Below are positions 55,540 through 64,000 of a stretch of DNA of 64,000 nt, piece after piece; the stretch's first letter is position 1, and every line of letters starts with the position of its first letter. The position numbers and the translations under genes are program-made. The notes under the pieces are model-generated. The model was given only the letters and a program-made list of their open reading frames with translations, did no database searches and was not told the origin of the DNA. This DNA comes from Octopus sinensis (lineage: Eukaryota): NCBI RefSeq assembly GCF_006345805.1, contig NC_043015.1, forward strand, positions 37,324,001 to 37,388,000. Reading direction: 5' to 3'.

Positions 55540-56706
55540 TATATCCGGATTACAAATTTACACTTATACCAAAAATAATTGCGACAATTGTTCCGATCAA
55601 ACACTTAACTGACTGTTTGGATAAGCTTCGATTTTCAGGAAAAGAAAGCGACCAGCTCCATCCTCAAAAGAAGAATTTAATAAATTAAAAACAGGAGAAT
55701 ACACACACACACACACACACACACAGAGAGGCACACACAGGCACACAAACATACAGGCACACACACATACACATGCACACACACACACACACACGCACGC
55801 ACACATAGACACACGCACATACATACACACACACACATTCTCTCCTCCTCTCTCTCTGACACACATACATACATACACACTCTCTCTCTCTTTCCCTCTC
55901 ACACACACATACATACATACATACATACATGCATACATGCATACATACATACATACATACATACATACATACATACATACATACATACATACATACATAC
56001 ATACAATGTTTCGGTGAGTATATAGAATATTTTTCGCATTACCTGTACCTTTTAAGCATTAACTCTGTATTGTACGGAAAACGAGAAATAAATACGCCAG
56101 ATCTAATATTCTGCCATTGTGCAGAACTGAGCAGAGAGATCTTCATAGTTCACGTTGGAGAATACTTTGTGAATGAATTGTATTTCCTCGCTATTTTATC
56201 GATATTTTTCTCGAAACTGCCAATATGTATTCCATTCGTTCATTTTTCAATTTCCTGAAGAATATGGACTTAATGCAATTCCTCATTGTTACCGCAGATG
56301 GAATGGTTTACAAATGATGTAAAGGCACCGTCATTTGATTCATTCTACAATCATTCGCAGTTCCACTGGCAGCTAGACTCGCCTCTCTACGCTGCTTTTT
56401 TGGTTATGTTCTTGTAATTTTATTTTATACATTACGAAAACAGCGAAGGAACCTATGTGTAGTAAATCGATTTCCTGTAAATAGCAGCCAAATGAACTTT
56501 AAATCCCGTCCAACCTTCACTGTTAATGACTGAATGTGTTGAAGGAAATTTGATGTCAGTCAGAGAGTCATTATGTCTGGAGTAGGAACGAAACAGGATG
56601 GTCACGGTTACAACGTCTTCGGAATGACCCGTGACTAAAATTCGTAGGTCATTCAGTCAGCAGTGACCATACTGGAACTTCACAACCGAAAAAAAGTCTG
56701 CAGCGG

Positions 56707-56745
<39 letters not shown>

Positions 56746-56783
56746 TTAGTAATGATAATAATAATATAATAATAATAATAATA

Positions 56784-56825
<42 letters not shown>

Positions 56826-58161
56826 TACCACCACAATACCAGCACTACTACGACTACTACCACAACCACCACTACTACTACTACTACCACCACCATTACT
56901 ACGACCACTACCACTACTACTACTACTATTACAACTACTACAGGTGATTTTGCTGTTGTTGCTGATGTCGGTGATGCTATTGCTGCTGCTGCTGCTACTA
57001 ATGATGATGATGATGACTTGGTTCTATTGTGTTGGTGCTCGCGCTATTTCTGCTGACGTCAGCGGCGATGATAATGCCTGCAATCGATGTAGAACCTTAT
57101 TTTTTTTGTGATGGTCATGGTTGTGGAGGGTGTGATGGCGGTCGGTGGAAGTGGTGGTGGTGGTGGTGGTGTTCATGGTCGTGGTCATGGCGGCAGTGTC
57201 ATAATTGATGATTAAAAACGTGATAGACCTTCAGAATCGTTGGAGCAGAAAAAAGCATGTGTAACATTTGCTAGGTCCCTTAGCTTTTTATCGGTTCAAA
57301 TCCCGACGTTTTCAACTTCATCTTTTCCTCTTTTTGGAATAAATAAAATAAACTAACAACCGAGAAACTAGCTGACTGCAATACATAAAACCCACCTTTT
57401 CTCAAATGCCTGACCCCATATATATTTTAGAAATGATTGTTATAATAGCTGTTTCTATTTCAGTAACGCTTTTGTTTTTACTCAAAAGCCCATGGACTGG
57501 TGTCTATGAAGGTGAGCATAATGATCTGTAACAGACCTCTCACTCTGATACATGACTGAGCAAAGCAATGCAATGGTAACTGTTACCGAATGATGTCTTG
57601 CGAGAAGTTTGAGTTCGTCTCTTTGAAAATTTGGGTTCGCTCCTGCCTCTTAGGCTACCAGTCATTCCTAAATCGTTTCAGTTTTAGAGCTGACGTGCTT
57701 TACAGAATACATCAGCCGTATTATGCTACAGTTTTGTCCTTACTCAATGTAATATCCCTTCAGTACACACGTATGTTGTTTCCTCTACGTGGCCTTATTC
57801 AATTTCCTGGTAACTGCGGCTTTGAGACTAACATTGCTAAAGAACCTAACCAGTCCTTCTCCGGAGGGTGACACAGTGGGATTGGAAATCAGGAGATAAC
57901 GATCCACAAATATTGTGGGATGTATTTGATGTTTCCGAAACTCTGTTGACTCGCCAGTTTGATGTTATATAATAATAGAAAGAAGGGGAATAATGAATGA
58001 GAAGCAATAGTGAAAGAGGCATGAATGAATATAGATATGAAGGAGAGAGATAAGGAATTTAATTATAAAGAATGATTCTTTTGAATGAAAGATTGATTGA
58101 GAGACAGACTGCCGGATAAATGGATAACTAGATAAATAGGTAGACAGACAGACAGACATAA

Positions 58162-58216
<55 letters not shown>

Positions 58217-58852
58217 GATAGATAGAAACAATAAACGATGAAAAGGAACACTGAAATGAATAAATGGAGAAAGAGTGAACGAGGGAAGCAAAAAAGGAGA
58301 AAACAAAGAAACAAAGAAAAGTAAAAAACAAATAGAAGAAGAAAGAAAAAAGAAAGAAAGACAGAAAGAAAGAAACGAAGAAAAACTGTGTGAAAGAAAA
58401 TTGAAAGCAAAAAACACAAACTGCAAAACTAAAAAAAAAATATCAGAAAGAAAATTAAATTAAAAGAAAGAAAATGCAAAGAAAAATTAATTTCATGAAA
58501 TAAAGAATGATGAGAATATGAAGTAACTTTAGAAAAAGTGGAAAACATAAACTGAAGAAAAGAGTCGCAAAATAAACAAGATGAAAATAAAGAAAGAAAC
58601 GCAAAACCTTTCGGAATGGATACGTAAATTAAAGAGGCACGTGATGGCACACGCTTTGTTTTTATGTTTCTGTGCATCTGTGAATGCGGGTGGGGGGATG
58701 GGACTGCATCTGTGAGAGGGTGTATATAAATGTGTTCCTGTAACACTAATTTTGTTGGTGTTATGTAAAAGACATGCCGAAGGAATGCATGATGCACACT
58801 CTGTACGCATATATACATACGTACATATATATATATTATATATATATATATA

Positions 58853-58884
<32 letters not shown>

Positions 58885-58888
58885 ATAG

Positions 58889-58919
<31 letters not shown>

Positions 58920-58984
58920 TATATGCGTGTGTATGTATAATATATATATATAAATAATATATATATATGTCATATAATATATGT

Positions 58985-59026
<42 letters not shown>

Positions 59027-59111
59027 ATGTTATATTACGTACATAAGGCAGTGCTCCAGTATGGCAGCAATCACATGACTGAAATAAGTAAAAAATTAAA
59101 AGAATAAAAGC

Positions 59112-59158
<47 letters not shown>

Positions 59159-59434
59159 TATATTGGCCTCTATGGCCTGCATAGTATCTGTTTAATAAAG
59201 ATTGCTGCATCTTGTCAGTTGCCGAAAGAGAGCTATGTCTCTTTAATTATGAACATTTCCGCTTTATGTGAAAAAAAAAAAAAAGATAAATATAAGAAAC
59301 CTTCCCTCTGCTGAAATAATATAGATTCGCATCGAAATCTATACAATACGACTTTCAGAGACGGGGAGGAAAATGTTGCGAGATATGTCACGACTGAGTT
59401 GTAGTTGGAAAAAGAAAGAAATTAGGGAATTCAG

Positions 59435-59500
59435 TACTACTACTACTAACACCACCACCCCACCACCACTACTACTATAACTACTACTACTACTACTACT

Positions 59501-59535
<35 letters not shown>

Positions 59536-59682
59536 GAAGGAGGAGCAGGATGAGTAGGAGAAGAAGAAGAAGAAGAAGAAGAAGAAGAAGAAGAAGAAGA
59601 AGAAGAAGAAGAAGAAGAAGAAGAAGAAGAAGATTGATCCTGAAAATATGATAAAAATGACAACCAATAATTATAATAAAAA

Positions 59683-59760
<78 letters not shown>
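59435..59760. repeat. Compound trinucleotide microsatellite (TAC/CAC/TAA/GAA/TAA)
   Basis: Direct reading; includes an uninterrupted (GAA) run at ~59559-59631. Confidence 0.95.
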
Positions 59761-59761
<1 letters not shown>

Positions 59762-60575
59762 CCATTCCCTTCGACTACCAGTACGAGGCCTGACATGTTC
59801 GGTGGTGGGAGAATGCGGGGGATGCAGGTCTCCTGTTTACGACGAGGACCAAATAACAGATAGAAAACTGAAAAAAAGTGATTTTCGGTATCAACAACAA
59901 CAACAACAACAGCAACAGGCGCAATGTTAACAACAATGACAGACCTGAAGATGATGTATTTTATAAAAGGTGAAATATCATGATTTGCGATAGTAAATGG
60001 AAAGGAATGATATCTTTATTCTGAGATTTTTATCATCACAAAATGGCTGACAATAGAAGCGAGTTGATGCCATAAGCGGAAAGGTTGTAGAGGTGTCATA
60101 TTTGTGTGAGGAGTTACGAATGAAAGATAACAATGAACAAATATCAAACAAATGTCATGTGTCTGTGAATGACTGCGTGTGTGGGCAAGTGTGTGTGTGT
60201 GTGTGGATGTGTGTGTATATATGTGTGTTGCGCATGTCAGTCTGTGGCTGTGCGTGAGACATTAGGATGTTTTCATTCTCGTGTTTTCTACGAAGAACTT
60301 ACTTCTTTCTCTGTAATTTATTCCCTCCTTCAATTTCTTTTATTCTCCTTCAGTTTTTTCTTTCACTCGCAATAACTTCTTTCTTTCTTCCCTTCATTCC
60401 TCTTCCCCTTCCCCTCTCTCTATCTAGCTATCTTTCTTTCTTTCTCTGTCTGTCTCTCTTTCTTTTTTTTAAGGTCTTCTCATCCATTTAGACAGAGAAA
60501 TAACAACAAAGAAAATCAATAAAGAATTCCAAGAAAAGGTGATAATAAAAAAATAATAATAATAATAATAATAAC

Positions 60576-60608
<33 letters not shown>

Positions 60609-60831
60609 GAAGACAACGACAACAACAATAACGTCGTGAAGCGCAACAAAACCTACAACACAAAGAATGCATAGGAGTCCTCGAAACAGCATTTGTAGCA
60701 ATAATCAATCTGCGTGTACATATGTTTATGTGTTTTTATATGTACTGTGTACATAGGTGTGTAAACATATGTTTGATTGGATGCCACCGTATGTATTCAT
60801 CAATATATGAGTGTGTGTAGGTGTGTGTACC

Positions 60832-60897
<66 letters not shown>

Positions 60898-60981
60898 ATA
60901 TGTTATATATATATATATAATATATATATATATATTATATATATATATATGTGTGTGTGTATATATATGTATATATATATG

Positions 60982-61032
<51 letters not shown>

Positions 61033-61041
61033 ATATATATG

Positions 61042-61092
<51 letters not shown>

Positions 61093-61789
61093 ATATATAT
61101 GTATGTTGTATGTATGTATACAAATATGAATATGTATATACGAGCTTGAACATAGATGTGTATACTTATAAATGTACACATTTTGTCTGATTTCGTGTAT
61201 GTGTGTGTAAATGTATGTATGTATATATATATATGTGTGTTTATATTTGTACGTGTTAGTGCGGATATCAGCATGTTTGTGTATTTATTTGTACTTGCTT
61301 TGTTTGTCTGTTCCTTTCCGTGCACGTTTGTATATGTGAATGCACATAACTGCACATCTGCGTGTGCACATATGCAAATGTGTCCGCATGTATGTGCGAA
61401 TGAGTCGGCTTCTGTGTTTGTATGTTTGAGTGGAACTGCGTGTGTTCGTTTATGCAAGTACACGAAATGCTTCATTTTTTTTACGTGATTCTGCTTTAAT
61501 AACTTTTTTTTCCTTCTGGATCAATTCTTTTGAAAACTCCAAGACACTTTTGGTTGGTTCCTTGCATAGGTACCCATGAGAACATATCAACCAGATGAAT
61601 GCAATAACCTCAGAATGCATCCATGTCTTTATGATTTCCAAACCATACTGATCTGTTTCTTTGTGTTAAAATTAATGGTGTAGTACTTTTGTGAAAAGGA
61701 AATGGATATAAATGTCAGATTTTAATTCTCAACAACACTGCAAAATATGTGCAACCCTGCGGAGAGTTGCACAAAAGTTAAGAGTTTAC

Positions 61790-61941
61790 ATTATTATTAT
61801 GATCATCATCATCATCATCATCGTCGCCGTCGTCGTCGTTGTTGCTATTGTTGTTGCTGTCTTTGTTGCTGTTCTAATGGCAATTCCTATTATTATTATT
61901 ATTATTATTATTATTGTATTATTATTATTATAATTATATTA

Positions 61942-61980
<39 letters not shown>

Positions 61981-61987
61981 TTATTAC

Positions 61988-62019
<32 letters not shown>

Positions 62020-62078
62020 TATTATTATTATCATCATCATCATCATCATCATCATCATTATTATTATTATTATTATTA

Positions 62079-62126
<48 letters not shown>

Positions 62127-62142
62127 ATTAGTTGTTGTAGTA

Positions 62143-62211
<69 letters not shown>

Positions 62212-62225
62212 CAGCGGCAGCAGCA
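61790..62225. repeat. Compound (TAT)/(CAT)/(GTA) microsatellite
   Basis: Direct reading of the sequence. Confidence 0.95.
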
Positions 62226-62366
62226 GAGAGAAAACTATGCAGAAATGTATACTTCATCCACCTTTACTTATGTTACGATGTTTTAGCTCAGTCAAAATAA
62301 ATCTTCCACTCTCTGTCGACTTCTCTGATTCTCTAGAATTAAGCATTTATAAACAGGCGCATACCT

Positions 62367-62408
<42 letters not shown>

Positions 62409-62444
62409 GCACACACGCAAAAAACATGTAGACCTAAATTCGCA

Positions 62445-62700
62445 CATCCATGGCCGAGTGAGTAGTGCTTTTCATTCACGTCCTGAGATTCCTGTTTCGC
62501 TTCTCGGATCGGGTGGTATTCTGTGTTTTTGAGCAAGATATTTCATCTCACACAACTCTCCGCCCACTTCGACGTCTGCCGTGTGGCACACCACGCTCAT
62601 GTGCAAGTAATGTCGATTTGATATAGGGAGCGAGCCAACGTGCCGCACACACCATTGATCGCTGTAAACATACATGAGTACGTCCTTGAGGCCAGGCCAC
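62445..62700 (+). mobile_element. Decayed CORE-type SINE
   Basis: TGTGTTTTTGAGCAAGATATTTCATCTC is CORE-like, preceded by a degenerate tRNA head. Confidence 0.6.
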
Positions 62701-62814
62701 AATGTGTTTACGTATATAATTACGTATATATATGTATATGCGTGTATGTGTGTATGTGCATGTATTTGCATATATATATATATATGTATGTATGTATGTA
62801 TGCATATGTATAAC

Positions 62815-62910
<96 letters not shown>

Positions 62911-63599
62911 TGGCTGTGTGTTGTGTATGTGTATACGCACACACACACACAATTTTATGCACACAACCACATATGTTAGTGCAGTTGAGAGTTGAGAAAA
63001 TATAAATCAATCAAAAAAGTGAAAACGAAGGCAAAACTTTAAAATGGGTGGAAAGAAAATGATGTCACAAGTCAAAAGTTTATACACCAGACATTTTTTA
63101 TGACAAATACTTTTGTGTTGTTTTCCTTAGCTGCACGAAACTTTTACTAAGATCTTGGAAGATATTTCCCCTAGTGACCAAATGCAAAATATTTTCTTAT
63201 TGTTAAACTTACCTACAAAATGCGGTTTTTCTAACGTCCATGTCATTCGTGAACTTATAGAAAGAAGATATTAACTTATAGAGAAGATTTTCTCTAGTAT
63301 TCTTTGTTAGTGCTTTAATGTATCGATCTCCGGTTAAGAGAGAAAGTTACAGACCATAAATGTGATGCTAGAAAATACATCGCCAAAACATTTGAAACAA
63401 TGGAAACTGATTTTAAATTTAAAACGAAGTGAAACAATGAAAGAAACGAAAATTGAAAGAAAAGAACGTGTTACACTTGTGTTACACATATGAGTGTAGC
63501 ATTACCATTTCCTAGAATCGAGATGGAAAGATATATGCTTCTTATTTTCTTTTCTCTTTGTTTCTGAAATAGCCTTCTATGTAGCTTCAAACAAGTTAT

Positions 63600-63870
63600 T
63601 CGAGGAAGACTTGTCCGATATCGGACGGGATATACGATCAATCGATAATGCAGGACATGTGGAGTCTTGTCATGGGTTATAAAACCAAGGAAGGAACGAA
63701 GATATAGGTGCGCCTTCCTCATATAGCAACCACCAGGCAGTTCTACAAGAATCAGTGGAGAGAAATGGGAGATTTCTTGAAAACTAAGCTCGTATTTCCC
63801 GCAGTCAAAACTTAGGTAATTTGAGTTGGTAGTGACGTGGGCAGTTGTCAAAAACAAGTGGCTGATCGAC
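63600..63870 (-). pseudogene. Possible decayed DDE (pogo-like) transposase fragment
   Basis: Minus-strand frames give LVFDNCPRH (DNxxxH-like) followed, after a frameshift, by KAHLYLRSFL. This is a weak resemblance judged by eye only. Confidence 0.25.
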
Positions 63871-64000
63871 ATGATTAGAGGGACTTAAAACGCAAAATCG
63901 ATAAGGTTTTATATAGTTTGGATATTTCAAAAAATGTAATTCAAGATTTTTTTTTCCTATTGAAAACGTGTCTATACAAAATACATAGGTAAATATTTGT

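Noticed and set aside
57052-57063. CRE consensus TGACGTCA in the extended palindrome GCTGACGTCAGC
   Set aside because: About one 8-mer is expected by chance in 64 kb, and there is no promoter context.

Overview
AT-rich, repeat-saturated eukaryotic DNA, very probably from an octopus. That taxon call rests on my recognition of tRNA-derived and CORE-type SINE families and on the (TA)n/(CA)n/(TAGA)n microsatellite load; it has not been checked against a database. I cannot identify any host protein-coding gene, and nearly all listed ORFs are microsatellite read-throughs. The window is a graveyard of mobile elements. It holds many tRNA-SINEs, two fragments of an R4/Dong-type (RLE) LINE, and Penelope-like element (PLE) remnants, including a ~2.7 kb decayed copy at 47.2-49.9 kb. 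It also holds several Tc1/mariner fragments and MITEs, two fully palindromic ~200-bp elements, a 22-bp minisatellite with a 330-bp higher-order repeat, and a near-identical 512-bp tandem duplication. The most interesting signal not explained by the ORF track is a set of minimal type I hammerhead ribozyme motifs with palindromic helix III. One is essentially canonical (16276-16370), two have single defects (15242-15310, 51183-51256), and several are decayed relics, some at the 3' end of the PLE.
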